Below, in pieces: positions 1 through 12,592 of a DNA stretch of 64,000 nt; positions within the stretch are counted from its first letter, which is position 1, and each line of letters starts with the position of its first letter. The stretch comes from Azolla caroliniana (Eukaryota; Plantae; Polypodiophyta). Where the stretch lies: assembly GCA_043228905.1 (NCBI GenBank), contig JBHGNT010000014.1, forward strand, positions 682,001 to 746,000, given 5' to 3'. A program made the translations under genes and the position numbers. The notes beneath the pieces are model-generated. The model was not told where the DNA came from. It made no database searches and worked only from the letters and a program-made list of their open reading frames with translations.

Positions 1-3000
1 CACTAGTTATCTGCAGCAGAAGGGAATTCGGCGAGAGTTCAGCTGCAGATACACACCGGAGCAAAACGGTGTGGCCGAAAGGAAGAACCGGACACTCGTC
101 GAAGTGGCAAGGGCAATGCTGGAGGAGAAGAGCATGCCCCGGTTCTACTGGGCGGAGGCGGTCCGGACGGCCGTCTACATACAAAACCGAATTGGTGACA
201 AGGTGTCAACTCATGAGCTGTATTTCGGGCGCAAGCCGAACTTAAGACACCTTCGGATATTCGGCAGCATAGCGTATATGCATGTGCCGGATCAGAAGCG
301 GAGAAAGCTAGATGCAAAATCGGAAAAATGCATCCTAGTCGGCTATGCTGAAGAGCAAAAGGGGTATAAGTGCTATAACCCCCGGACGAAGGAAGTCCGG
401 GTTAGCCGGGATGTCGAGTTCGATGAATCGGCATCCTGGTACTCCGTACCGACTCCGACTTCCGATCCCGACCCAATGTCGGAAGATCAGGCCAGTGAGC
501 CTGAATCAACCCTGGCAGAGGATGATGATGCCGGGACTCAAGATGAGAGTCCGGAATCGTTACGGTTGAGTGGACCGAACGAGCGACTGAGTCGGTTGGA
601 CCAGTCGGATGAAGAGACGGCAAGTGGTTGAGACTCTGCCGTGCTCTCCCCGCGCAAGGCACCGAGGAAACGGTTCACGCGCAAAGAGAAGGGGAAGAGG
701 AAGATGCCGGAATTCGAAACCGGCAACGATGAGTCAGATTGGTGCGTATCCGACTCCGGAAAGGAGAAAGGCGGATCTTCGGCAACGAAGACCGAACGGG
801 CCAAGAAGGGCCTCAAATCAGGTGACGGTGCGTTGCGCCGATCAACCTGCCAGAAGGATCCCGTCACGCGGTACGGGTAAATGAATACATGGCGCATCAT
901 TATGCGTACATGAATAAGGTGACAGAAGTGCGTGAGCCAGAGAGCTACGCAGAAGCGGCAAAGGACACGAATTGGCGTGCCGCTATGGACGAAGAAATGC
1001 GGGCACTCGATGCCAACGAAACTTGGGACCTAGTTGATCCTCCCCGTCACTGTAAACCGATCGGATGCAAGTGGGTGTACAAGGTCAAGTACAACGCCGA
1101 CGGTTCTGTTAACTGGTACAAAGCCTGGTTAGTGGCGAAGGGATATGCGCAGACACACGGAATCGACTACGATGAGACCTTCGCTCCTGTGGCGAAGATG
1201 ACGACGGTTCGGTTGGTACTGGCGGTTGCTGCGGCAAGGGGGTGGCATCTTCACCAGATGGATGTGAAGAACGCCTTCCTTCAAGGAGATCTTGAAGAAG
1301 TAGTCTTTATGACTCAGCCCCTCGGATTTCAATCGGAGATGAACAAATCGGCGGTATGCCGACTGAAGAAGTCGCTTTACGGCTTGAAGCAAGCCCCCCG
1401 AGCTTGGAACGCGAAGATCACGCACCGGTTGTGTAAGCTGGGGTTTGCTGTCTCTAAGTCGGACTCTTCGTTGTTCATCCGGCAAGGCTTTGACGGTCCG
1501 GTATGTATACTCTTGTATGTGGATGATTTAGTCATCATCGGACCAGGTCTTCCCGAAATCAACCGCGTCAAGTCCCAGTTGTCGGACGCATTCGAAATGA
1601 AGGACCTAGGGGACCTTCATTATTTTCTTGGGATCGAAGTGATCCAGACCCCCGACGGCATATTGCTCTCACAACGACATTACGTGTTGAATATGATGTA
1701 TAAGTTCGGCATGACGGATTGCCGACTTGTCTCCACACCCCTGGACTGGAACCAGAAGCTCCGTCCCAACTCCGGACTGGCCTGGAATGAGAAACGGTTC
1801 CGACAGGTTGTCGGAAGCCTGATCTACTTAACCATCACCCGCCCCGACATCAGCTATCCGGTCGGCATGGTAAGTCAGTTCATGCAGAAGCCGACCGTGG
1901 AGCACCTTTAGTGCGCGCAACGAATATTACGGTATGTCAGTGGCACTAAGGACCGGGGACTGCTATACCGGTGAGGTATACCCGAAGAGCTTGTCGGTTA
2001 CACAGATGCTGACTGGGCCGGCGATGCGTCTGATCACCGCTCCACTTCCGGATACATGTTCTCCGTAGGTAGCGCGACCGTTGCGTGGAGCAGCAAGAAG
2101 CAACCCACAGTGGCTTTGTCAAGCACTGAGGCTGAGTACCGGGCTGCTACTGTTGCCACTTGTGAAGCCATCTGGCTTCGGCGCCTGCTGCGAGACTTGC
2201 GGATCGAGGTACCGACCCCGATCCCGATTTACTACAATAACATGAGCAGCCTGCAGCTCGCCAGGAACCCTGTGTTCCATGCTCGCACAAAGCACATCGA
2301 GGTGCACTACCACTTCGTGCGTGAGCGGGTTCTGAGCGGTGAAGTTGACCTACGGTATGTTCATATGGATCGGCAGGTTGCCGACATCTTCACCAAGCCG
2401 CTCGGATCGGACAAGTTGCAGCACTTTACCGACATGCTTGGTATTCAGCATCTCGACGTGCCGCACTTGAGGGGGAGAAGCAAGGGCAAAGTCTCTACCG
2501 AAACGGGCAAAGGCCAAAAAATTGTTGAACCCGTCGGTAAGAGGAGAGCCGGAAGAAGAGGAAACAAGAAGATGAAGGAAGCCGAGTCGACGAAGGAAGT
2601 CGACACATCCGAACAGGTCGGAGCAAGCGGATGTGAAGAAGAGTTGTGCACTCAGGAAGAGAAGTGCATGCTGTGCGGAGGTCATCACGACGGTACTGAC
2701 CATGATGCGGAGTGGAATGAAGAATTCGATTTCGGTTCACCCGCTGAAGAAGCCGAGGGAAGCATGGAGAAGGCCAAGATTCGGAAGTGGTCCGATGTGG
2801 TGAGAGGCCTGAAGCCGGAAGTCGAATCGGAGTGTTCCGATTCGGACAAGAGCTGGAACGAGTCGGAGACAACTGACTCGGATCAACAGATGGATCTGGA
2901 TGAGTCGGATCGACTGAAGGCCAAGGGGACACGGATACAGCGGAAGTCGATGCCATCGTGGGAGAACCGAAGAATCGGTAAGCGCCAGAGTCACAGCAAC

Positions 3001-3210
3001 GTGAGTGCTGAGATGGGCCTATTGAGCAGACATGCCGACCGAGAGGGTCGAGGCACGTAGAACCAAAGGGGTCGCGGCAAACGGGACCAGACCGGACGAG
3101 GAGCGCGAGCTAGGCGGAGTGACGCCAGGAGAAGTCGGTTGAAAGAACCGACTTCCACAGAGGTCGACACTACGACCCCACCTCAGGTTGAGCTTGAGGG
3201 GGAGTGTTGA
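1..3210 (+). pseudogene. Copia pol (IN-RT-RH plus C-terminal extension), disrupted
   Basis: ORF pieces 71-631, 641-880, 889-1911, 2056-3060. In-frame stops at 629-631, 1909-1911, ~1972 and 3058-3060, and a 1-nt frameshift near 880. The frame continues to ...ELEGEC* inside the LTR start. Confidence 0.92.
3194..3204 (+). other. Polypurine tract of copia element 1
   Basis: TTGAGGGGGAG directly before the TGTTGA LTR start. Confidence 0.9.
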
Positions 3211-3533
3211 GCGGCAAGCTCAACCGGAGCCGGATCGGCTGAATAAGCCGGAGCCGGTAAGCGAGACGGATCGGGCGAAACGGATCGGTATGACGATGAG
3301 CAACCGAACCGGCAAGCAGTAGAAGCCGGGTGCAATCCGTAACCGGCAGTCCAATCGGAAGCCTAGTATAGGATAGACTACTAGGTAGCTATAGTCTCGT
3401 AGTAAGTGTCAGATGCTCGTGTGAGCATTGAAGTAAATGGTACTTCTGTCAGTCCCAAGAGGACTTGTATAAGTAGTGCTACTTAGCACAGTGTGTATAT
3501 AGAGTCTTGATATAATTTTGGAAATTACGTTCT

Positions 3534-3570
<37 letters not shown>

Positions 3571-3610
3571 TGTTCTCTGTTTTACGCTTCCGCAAACACT
3601 CACGTTTACA
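3205..3610 (+). repeat. 3' LTR of copia element 1 (~406 bp)
   Basis: Starts TGTTGAGCG after the PPT and ends ...CGCTTCCGC...CACGTTTACA. Both ends resemble the LTRs at 38691-39146 and 55516-55907. Contains a (CT)n tract. Confidence 0.85.
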
Positions 3611-3759
3611 TTATTGTTGGTTCATTAACAAGTTGAAGTATAGATGGGGGAGTAACAACTCAATGTAGAATGCAGATCTAGAATTGAGATATGGAGCATT
3701 TTGTGAAGACAAATATGTGGAGGGAAATAGAGACAAAATCCAATGTCATTGGTATGGGA

Positions 3760-3960
3760 AGACATCCCAGAATGACTAAGACATTGATAGTCTAACAAGA
3801 TGTGTAGTTTAATAGTCTTAAAATTGCATTGAAACAACCACACATGATCCCCAACTTAAAATATTGTTGCCTCTACTAGAGAATGGAAGCGATTATGAAG
3901 TGCATTTGGTTTATGTGTTTTCTTGGAGCTATGGAAATGGAGCAAAAGCTTAGCTTGAAT
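3760..3960 (-). pseudogene. Degenerate Ty3/gypsy (Tcn1-like) integrase C-terminal fragment
   Basis: VGDHVWLFQCNFKTIKLHILLDYQCL resembles VGDRVWLLRRYIKTTRPCAKLDYQRL in the chromovirus at 59647-60393. Confidence 0.55.
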
Positions 3961-4149
3961 ATCTTGGGTTTGACCTAGATGGTCCACAACAACAACATTC
4001 CTCAAAACTTCTATATCATGCCTTCCCAATCCAAGTTGGTCTATATAAAATTCTCAATTGAATTTTCAAAATTGCAATTAACTTTTGACCTTGTCCTTTT
4101 TAACTATTACCAATTCCTCTCATAATACTGGGACATTTGAAACAGGTAA

Positions 4150-7100
4150 TATGTCGCATTTCCCCCCCCAAGAAAACACTACTTCGCATTAGTTAGCAAA
4201 TAGAATACAACAAAGTTTACCCAAATCACAGTGGGATCAACATATACAACTCAGAGGAACAACTCCAAAACTATCAAACAAAAACAACAAAAACTCACAC
4301 AACCCTTAACTCCAACAAAACTGAAATAAACCCCATTTTACCTCGACTCTACACCTCCCAACTAACTCTTTTATAACAAAGTTATCCGGGTAACATGACT
4401 ATACTAACCCACTTGTGCTTCAACTATACATACATAATTACAACCATGTACAATATTGGGAGCCATTAGCGGAAACAGCCACCTAGGCGCCTGATAATTC
4501 CACTTAGGCCTCGACGAAGATTTGAACATCATGGGAGAACCACCCCATTTCAGCAAGAACTTTGACCTTGCCCTTTCTGCTTCATTTGATTCCCCCTGAA
4601 TCGAGTCATACCAATTGCGCAACCAAGCCACAAGCTCAAAACAGATATTTGACATCACCTCCCCGCATGAGAGCTTTTGCTATTGAAAAACAAACTTACA
4701 ACGCCTGATCCAGATGTGCCAGACCAATAAACACGCCACCATAAGCCAAATCTCCTCAAAAAATTCAGAATTTGTGGCAGGTCTCACCTCGTCACATTGG
4801 AACATGCTACCACCCTTCATTATAAATCCATATCCTTGTGGGTTTAACTTCCCCCCCCCAACTTTTCCCTTTTAGAGACAGTCCTTGTATGGAGCCCCAC
4901 ACACCGTTCCCATTCACACCACAGGCTACCACGATTCGAAGGCTTCTACTCCAAATGCTAATCGCCTCTGTACAATTCCAAAAACAGTGAGAGATTGATT
5001 CCAAAGCATGTCCACATAACTTATAGCCAGTCTCGCCACCATAAGAACTCAACCACTCCCATATAGATATCGCCTTGTGGCTAATAAGCCACAACCAAGC
5101 CTTTATTTATTCTGGTGTATCCAATGCCCGTAGTTTCCTCCAAAATGACTTTAGATCGTCATTTGATATGCCTTTATCCTTCAAACTTAGTATTGTGGAT
5201 CATTACAACAGCCACCGCTTTGGAGGCAATGATTCATCTTCCTAGCTTAGTATTGTACTTTAAAAACTTTTTTAAGTCGATTGTTCCTAGTGTTTGCCAC
5301 CATACCTCTAGTGAATCCCACTTCAAATCATATAAGTGCTTCTTGTTGAAAAGCCATATTTTACAATCCTAATCAAGTGTCTTAGGGTCTGGGTTCAATT
5401 GCCACCTCCTACCCTCCAACACTGCCACCCGCACTGCCAACCACCTACCATCATCTGTCAAAGAACTTAGGTTACCCCACAAACGCTCCTCATTAGTTGA
5501 GCACCTACAACAAATAAGTTTTGCATCACCCTCAACTACAAACCAACCTGACCAAACTGCCTCTTCTGCATTCAACTTTCCTAATCCATCAACAACCTTA
5601 TCTATTAGCTGGGTCACCTTCACTAGTCTTGTAGTAAACCTACAACTAATAGCCTGACCCTCCCGCCTCTTCATGCTGAAGAACTCCCAATTGTGTATTG
5701 ACCTATTCTTGTACCCTAGCATCCTCCCCCATGGCAAGTACTTTTTTTGTCCAAGCATCATACCATCTTCCCTTCTAATCCTAGGGTTCCAAAACAAAGG
5801 TTGTCGTAGCTGTTCATCCAATGTTTTCGGTTGCATTAACACCAACCTTCTCTGAAACTTGAGCATGCTTTCATTATGGCGCAAACCACCTTATCCTCTG
5901 TGCTAGCCGGTTCTTTCAACTTTAGAGCTGAACTGAACAACCACCTTGTATTTGCCTGCAAGGAACCACCATTCTTGGGACACCAAAGGTCAACTCTGTT
6001 CCTAAGGAGCACCTTCCACAATTCTAGTCTGGGTTGCAAACTTCACACTAGAAGCTTACCAAGTAGGACCTTACTTTTGTGAACCGGATCCACCAGCCCA
6101 AGTCCTGTCTGATTCTTCGCCTTAATTAAACAACCCCACACCAGTTTATTTGACGCCATCTCATTGTCTCTACCCGACCAAAGGAACACTCTCACCATTG
6201 CCTTAATATTTTTTATGCAGGCTTTGTCTAACATCCAACATGGCACCGAGTGTCACATGGTGGCCAACAAAATATGGTTCACCACAACCACCCTACCAGC
6301 AAGGGAAGGTTTTACTAATGCCCACAATTGAAGCTTTTTTCTAATTTTTTCTTTCACCTGCTCGAGTTGCTGATTTTTAGGTGTCTCAACTCCCACCAAA
6401 AAGCCCAAATACTTAACAACCATTCCATTGGGGATCCATTGAAAATCAACGTTAGGACATGAGAGCGATTGTGGGTTTGAACTTACCCAGAATCCTATAC
6501 TTTTGTTCCAATTAATTTCCCCCCCTGACGCTTTGCAAAACAACTCAATCCGTCCTTCAACCTTCTGTAAATTAGTGTCATTGCCTTGCAAGTAAAGCAT
6601 AGTGTCATTTGCATACTCATAGTTCAACAAATCCTTGCTCGCATGTGGAACAACTAAACCCCTTATTCCCGCATCCGATCTATTAAAAAAGAAAGAGAAT
6701 GCCTTTGTACTAAATAAAAAAAGGTAGGGGGCCATCGGGCGCCCCTGCCTAATAGACATGTGTAATAGAATCGATGGGCCACGATGCCCTGTCATTAACA
6801 CCTTACTCAAACTTCCTTTGTAAAGGGCCAGTGTAGCCAATCTCCATTTTAAAGGCAATCCCAACCCCTCCATGACTTTGTCTAAAGAAGGCCATTGAAC
6901 TCTATCATACACCTTCTCCTCAAAGTCTAGAATGAGACATGCAATGTGTCAGTTGGTTTTCTTTGCCAAGGAAATCGCCTCCCAAAATGTCAACACATTA
7001 TCAATTATGCATCTGTTTTCCATGAACCTTGTTTTTCCAATGTGGATTAGTTCATGTTGGTAGGGTTTTACCCTTTTGGCCAGTTTATTGGCAGATATCT

Positions 7101-8250
7101 TATATATTGTGTTGAACAACGTGATTGGTCTCCATTGCCTTGCATAAATTATTACACCTCGTACCTTAGGAATTAGAAATATCATCCCCTCTTGAAATTG
7201 CGCAGGTAAGCACCCAACATCCATGCCTCTTTTAGCCCATCAACCAAATTAGCCTTAATCACGTCCCAAAAATTTTCAAAAAAATCTCTTGATAATCCAT
7301 CGGAGCTTGGGCAAGACATTCTGCAAATACCCACCGAAGCATCATCCACCTCCTCTTCCAAGAGAGGCCTCGAAAGATTAGCTTGTGCGGCATCTAAAAT
7401 TCTGTGTTGCATTCCCTCTAGCACATATTCTATCGGAGCAGGCTGTTCGGGGATACTGTAGCTATCTGAAAGCAACTCATGATAGTGTGATTTGACCGCC
7501 TCCAAGATCTTCGAAACATCCTTTGACATAGAGCCATCTTCCTTAACCAACTTTGGATTGTAGCTACAATTTTTTCTAGGCTTTTTATGCATGAAAAATT
7601 GTTTATTCACCTTATCCCCATTTTTGCTCCACCATGCCGCCGAACTCCTGAATAACATCGTATTTTTGGATGCAATCAAGCATTGCAACATTTCTCTGGC
7701 CCTCAAGGCCTACCTTGGACCGTTGGCACTAGAGATCTTTCTATAACAGCCTTTGGGCAGCCGCTATTGATCTCCCTAAAAGCATTTTTTCCTCCTTGGA
7801 CCTCACAATTCTACTTTTAGTCGTTGTGTGGAGATACATTGAAGTTTCGATAATCTTCCCTCGAAGTTTATCAATTGCGCCAAACCCACCGAATTGCTTT
7901 CCCATATGCTCCTTATGTTCCTACTCACCTCCACATCCTCAGAAAGTTTTTTGTTGATCCTCATATTACAGTCCCTTGCTGGCCTCCTCTGCATTTCTAG
8001 TGTTATCTTAACTAACATATGATCGGAGTAGGTTGAACCTGCAATGATTTCAACATTGGTTCCAAATTTTTCTAGTTCCAAGCTGATGTATATTATGTTA
8101 ATGCGAGACATGCAAAAGCCATTCATACTGCAGGCATCTCTCAAAAAGCTTAGTGAACCTTGAGGTTTTTTTATTACATGCCAAGCATCTTTCACCCCCA
8201 TTCAACCCATCAACAAATCCCATGCAACTAGCTTAGTCCCCAACACCACC
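4150..8250 (-). mobile_element. Degenerate, 5'-truncated L1-like LINE (endonuclease end, RT, zf-RVT)
   Basis: Colinear fragments with many stops and frameshifts: SRINIIY...YSDH (endonuclease), WRPITLFNTIYKI, LDFEK.YDRV, SIRQG.P.APYLF, EYANDT, KYLG, ESISHCFWNC (zf-RVT). Boundaries are approximate. Confidence 0.9.
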
Positions 8251-9790
8251 ATGAAAGCATTGCATTGTGCAAAGTTTTTCGAGAACCTACTAAACATTTG
8301 ATCTATATGATCATGGGTATGAACAACTAGTCAGAAGTTGACCTTAATCTTCTTAAATAAGCCCTTCTCTACTATCATGCTTAAATAACCGAAAACAATC
8401 GAGTTTTTATTTTCTCTGGATGTATTGTCGAGTTGCATGTATAGAACATGTAGGAGTATATCTAGCCAAGACTGTAGCACTCTTTGCATGACTGTGATTG
8501 TAAGATTAGGGTCGTTGTGGATATTAGGATAAGTTAAGAATACTTGAGGCTTTATTGTCTGACAATATGATAAGCAACCTACTAAATTCATTTGTACAAG
8601 GCATTCATCTCTAATGTCCTTTGGCAACCTTTGAACGTGTGGCAAACAAGTCTTCTTCTAATCCATGCCATCAATAATCATACACATATACCTTTAGGGT
8701 GATTGAAGAGGTTTTTGTCGGTGGTGCATAGCTTTAGAACGTTCTAATGCTTAACTCTCACGATATTCTTTCAATAGAATCTTGTAATTCTTTATTTCAT
8801 CATCTAATTTCCCACCCTTTGCCATACTTTTTAAACTTGCACATATTGAACAAAAACAAACTCCAGGAGAGAGTGGACTACCCATTTGGACCTTACACAG
8901 TATAACCACATTGTTAGATCGTGACCTCCATAATCTATTGAAATGTCGATACTATATGTAAGGTACACCTTGTAATAACATCTCATCTTTATATTCTTGA
9001 TAAACTGCATAACGAGGGAAATTATCAAACAAGTGCAATCTTCTAGTAGTAGGCATAATATCACATTGCTTTGAGAAATATATCTCCATCCAATTAATAG
9101 AATGACGCCCTATAAGACCCTTATTACCAGAGGAATTCATATCAAAAGGTATCCATGATCCCTCTACTAATCTTAGTTGTATTCACTGAAGCCTCATGTT
9201 CCCAATGCTATGTGCAATTTTAAAAGCAACTCTACAACACTTAGTGCTCAATCCAAGGTAATATTCAACGTGCGTTGAACTAGCCCCAACGACGTGATCT
9301 CTTACAAGCTGCATATGTGAAATAAGAAAATTGTTCCTCACCATTAAGTGAAAGATACTTCTCCCACATTATCTGTAAGTTTGCCTTTCCAAATTTATTA
9401 AGACATAGATTCCCACAACATGTCTTGCTCGAATTGCAAACAATCTGATGATCAAAACATAAAAAGTTAAATCTCTTTACACTAATTTGTCAAGGAATTC
9501 TTTTAAATGTGAGAGGCTTTGTTATGCCAGCTTCGTCAGTTGTGGTTTCATCCTTGTCAATGCTTGCACAACGTTTTCTATGTTGTATACCACGTTCTCC
9601 CGGCCTCATGAAAGGGTAGATTGAGAAAAGTGAGTTTGAGTCATTACCAACATCAATATTAACATTTTCACCTAGAACCTTTGAAACACTTGGGACCTTG
9701 TACTTATAGATTGAGAAATATGAGTTACTCCATAAAGCATAAGGATCCACAAATAATAAGGATGATCTACGCGAAGCAGAAGACATCTTG
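8250..9790 (-). pseudogene. Degenerate Sola-like / DUF7869-type DDD DNA transposase
   Basis: Minus-strand motifs in order: CCGNLCLNKF, CCRVAFKIAHSIG, YMCMIIDGMD*KKTCLP (~8690-8640), LYMQLDNTSRENKN, F*LVVHTHDHIDQMFSRFS (~8335-8280). These supply the three catalytic Asp motifs. The family assignment is from motif recognition, not a search. Confidence 0.75.
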
Positions 9791-10324
9791 AAGCCTAACT
9801 TAAATTAACAATTTTGGCTATTTTAAACAGAAGCTTAGAAATTTAAGATGTAGTCTTTGAAAATAAACCATATGAAGACATCTTGGGATAGAAGCTAAGG
9901 CATCATATTATTATTAAATTTTATAAATTTCTTATAATAATCATCTGTTTAATAATGTATTTTTTCTAGGAGAATTTTTTTATAAATAATTATTTTATTT
10001 TCCCAAAACAAAAAACAATTTAAGTTTAGTATATAAAAGAGAGGACCCCCCTCATTGTCTCTTACACATTTCACTACATCCAAGAGCTCAGAGCACTTTC
10101 GAGAAAAAATTGTCGTTTTTGCTTTTGTCAACACATCATCAACAACCAGTCAACATGAAATTGGGCAAGAAAGTTGTCAAGTAAGTCTTCTTCCACCCAA
10201 TTTTTCTTCCACCCAATTTTAAAGCTTCCAAAAGATACCATAAATATTCTTTTTTATTTTCTGTAAAATTAAGTGACTTTAATTACAACCATTTTGGTGT
10301 TTGATCAAATTCTTGTGTATGTGT

Positions 10325-11052
10325 CCTCTAGAATCTAATGTAGTGGTCAAATTCTAGAGCCCTATGCTCTTGATTTCTTGTTTAATCCGATGTAGTGCAT
10401 AGGATTAGATAGGAAATCATAGAGCTTCTGATGCACTACATCAGATTAGAGAGGAAGTCCTCCCTAATCCGATCTAGTGCATCGGATTAGGGAGGAAATC
10501 ATAGCACTTCCTCCCTAATCCAATGTAGTGCAACGGATTAGAGAGGACTTCCTCTGAAATCCAAAGCACTGCATCGGATTTGGGAGGACATCATAGACTT
10601 CCTCCCTAATCTGATGCAATGCATTGGAATAGAGAGGAAATCATAGGAATTCTTCCCTAATCCAATGCAGTGCATCGGATTTCAGAGGAAGTCCTCTCTA
10701 ATATGATGCAGTGCATCGGATTAGGGAGGAAGTCCTCCTAATCCGATGCATTGCATCGGAATAGAGAGGAAATCATAAGACTTCCTTCATAATTCGATGT
10801 GGTGCATCAAGTTTCAAAGGAAGTTCTCTCTAATCCGTTGCACTACATCATATTCGGGAGGAAATCATAGAACTTCCTCTAAAATTCGATGTGCTGCATT
10901 GGATTTCAGAGGATGTTCTCTCTAATCTGATGCACTACATTGGATCAGGGAGGAAATCATAGAACTTCCTCCCTAATTCGATGCAGTGTATTGGATTTTA
11001 GAGGATTTTCTCTCTCATCCGATGCACTACATCGGATTAGGGATGAAATCAT
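10325..11052. repeat. Array of ~15 palindromic 37-bp units
   Basis: Consensus CCTCCCTAATCCGATGCANTGCATCGGATTAGGGAGG. Clear units start at 10459, 10510, 10551, 10601, 10652, 10693, 10734, 10784, 10825, 10876, 10917, 10968 and 11009, with partial or degenerate units at 10325-10455. Linkers are either 4 nt (AAGT) or 13-14 nt (AAATCATAGAACTT). Confidence 0.95.
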
Positions 11053-11210
11053 CAGGATATTACACTTATTTTAGGTGTATGTTTTGTGGTTTGGGTCATA
11101 TATTTAGGTGTATTAAACGTTGTCATAGTGTATTTCGTACACTACATGAAAAACGTATAAAGTACCCGATTTAATAAATATGAAGAAAACGAAGAAAATA
11201 TGAGAATACA

Positions 11211-11833
11211 TGTTACATGGATAGGGCAAAATTCGAACCTTGTACCTCCATGTTAATAATATAAAGCCTTACCATTACACTAACATATCATTAGTATCAA
11301 AAAGTAGATGTCCCACATAGAAATTTAAGTTCACGCTAGGATAAACTTTAGGAAAACGCACGATAAAAGAAAAAGCTACACATGCACATCTAGCGTGCAT
11401 GAACACTATAGTCGATAAAAAACGCATGACTTTAGAAAAAGCATGTTAGAGAAAGCATATAGTCTATTGATAGAAAAAGCATGGAGGGCATAATTAGAGA
11501 AAAAAGCATGGATTGTTAAGACTCTCTCATCACTATATAAGGATGGGGAGCACAATGTAATAGGTGTGTGAAAATTTTGGAAATTGGATATATGTGGGAT
11601 TCACGAGGTTTCTATATCTCTCTCTTTCAGTTCAAATTCATATTCTTATCTTAATATTGATTAATCTAATAAAATATATTATACTCGTGAGATTCATGAG
11701 GTTTTTATATCTCTTTCTTATAATCTATTCATATTCATAACTAGATTAGCCTCAAATTCTTCCTCCTCCTAGTCCAAAACCCCAACGGTTCCCACCCGAC
11801 TCAGGCAATGATCTGGCACAGAAAGGCATGACA
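11211..11833 (+). repeat. Candidate solo LTR (chromovirus-LTR-like)
   Basis: Starts TGTTAC, has a CTATATAAGG TATA-like box (~11534) and a possible end at ...CATGACA. The first 80 bp resemble the U3 end of the LTR at 59194-59617. No matching TSD found. Confidence 0.4.
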
Positions 11834-11945
11834 ACGTTTAATTTCACCTAAAAATCTGCGTTTCCACCAAAAATCTGCTTTTCCACAAAAAATTGTGCTT
11901 TTTCTCAAAAAAAATTGCTTTTCAGTGAGCCCCATTAGAAGGTGC

Positions 11946-12533
11946 TATTAGGAATAGTACTAGAGGCAGAGAGAATTAGTACTAGAGAGGTAGAGAAGAG
12001 AGAAAAGATTGTGTGAGGATCACAAGAGAGAGAAAGAAAGAAAGAAAGAAATATTATATGAGGATCACAAGAGAGAGAAAGAATGAATGAATGATATATT
12101 ATATGAGGATCATAAGAGAGAGAGAGAGAAAAAGAAAGAAAGATATATTAACGTCTTCTAAGGCCAAAATTGGCCCATGAGACAAATGGTTTACAACAAA
12201 AAATGGGATATTTACCTATTCATCAAAAGTATGATAACAAGAAGTATATTATATGAATAAGAGTACAAGGATAGTTATGAGGCTTAAGAATGGCGTTGAA
12301 CCGAATTGGTTCTAAATAATGTCATGTGCCTCTATTTATAGTGTTATCATGAGTATTCCTGAAGTTTCTAGAATGTTCCAAAGTAATCTAGAATATACAT
12401 GAATTTTTTATAATGAAATTATAAATGGAAATAATATCTCTTGTATTACAATGCATAGCTTTCAGGAATAGTACTAGAGGCATAGAGAATTAGTACTAGA
12501 GAGGTAGAAAAGAGAGAAAAGGTTGTGTGAGGA

Positions 12534-12592
<59 letters not shown>

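Larger units (their letters stand above)
1..3610 (+). mobile_element. Ty1/copia LTR retrotransposon, 3' part (5' end outside window)
   Basis: Domain order integrase (YTPEQNGVAERKNR) - RT (HQMDVKNAFLQG, YGLKQAPRAW, LLYVDD) - RNase H ([33 protein letters not shown]), then PPT and a TG...CA LTR. Same family as the element at 38691-55907. Confidence 0.97.

Noticed and set aside
629-3060. TAG/TGA stops in TE ORFs as targets of U-to-C editing or recoding
   Set aside because: They are mostly CAG>TAG and CGA>TGA changes expected from methyl-C deamination, they co-occur with frameshifts, and such editing is organellar.
10325-11052. CRISPR array
   Set aside because: The unit length is CRISPR-like, but the linkers are only 4 or 13-14 nt and recur rather than being unique spacers. 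There are no cas genes and the context is plant nuclear DNA.
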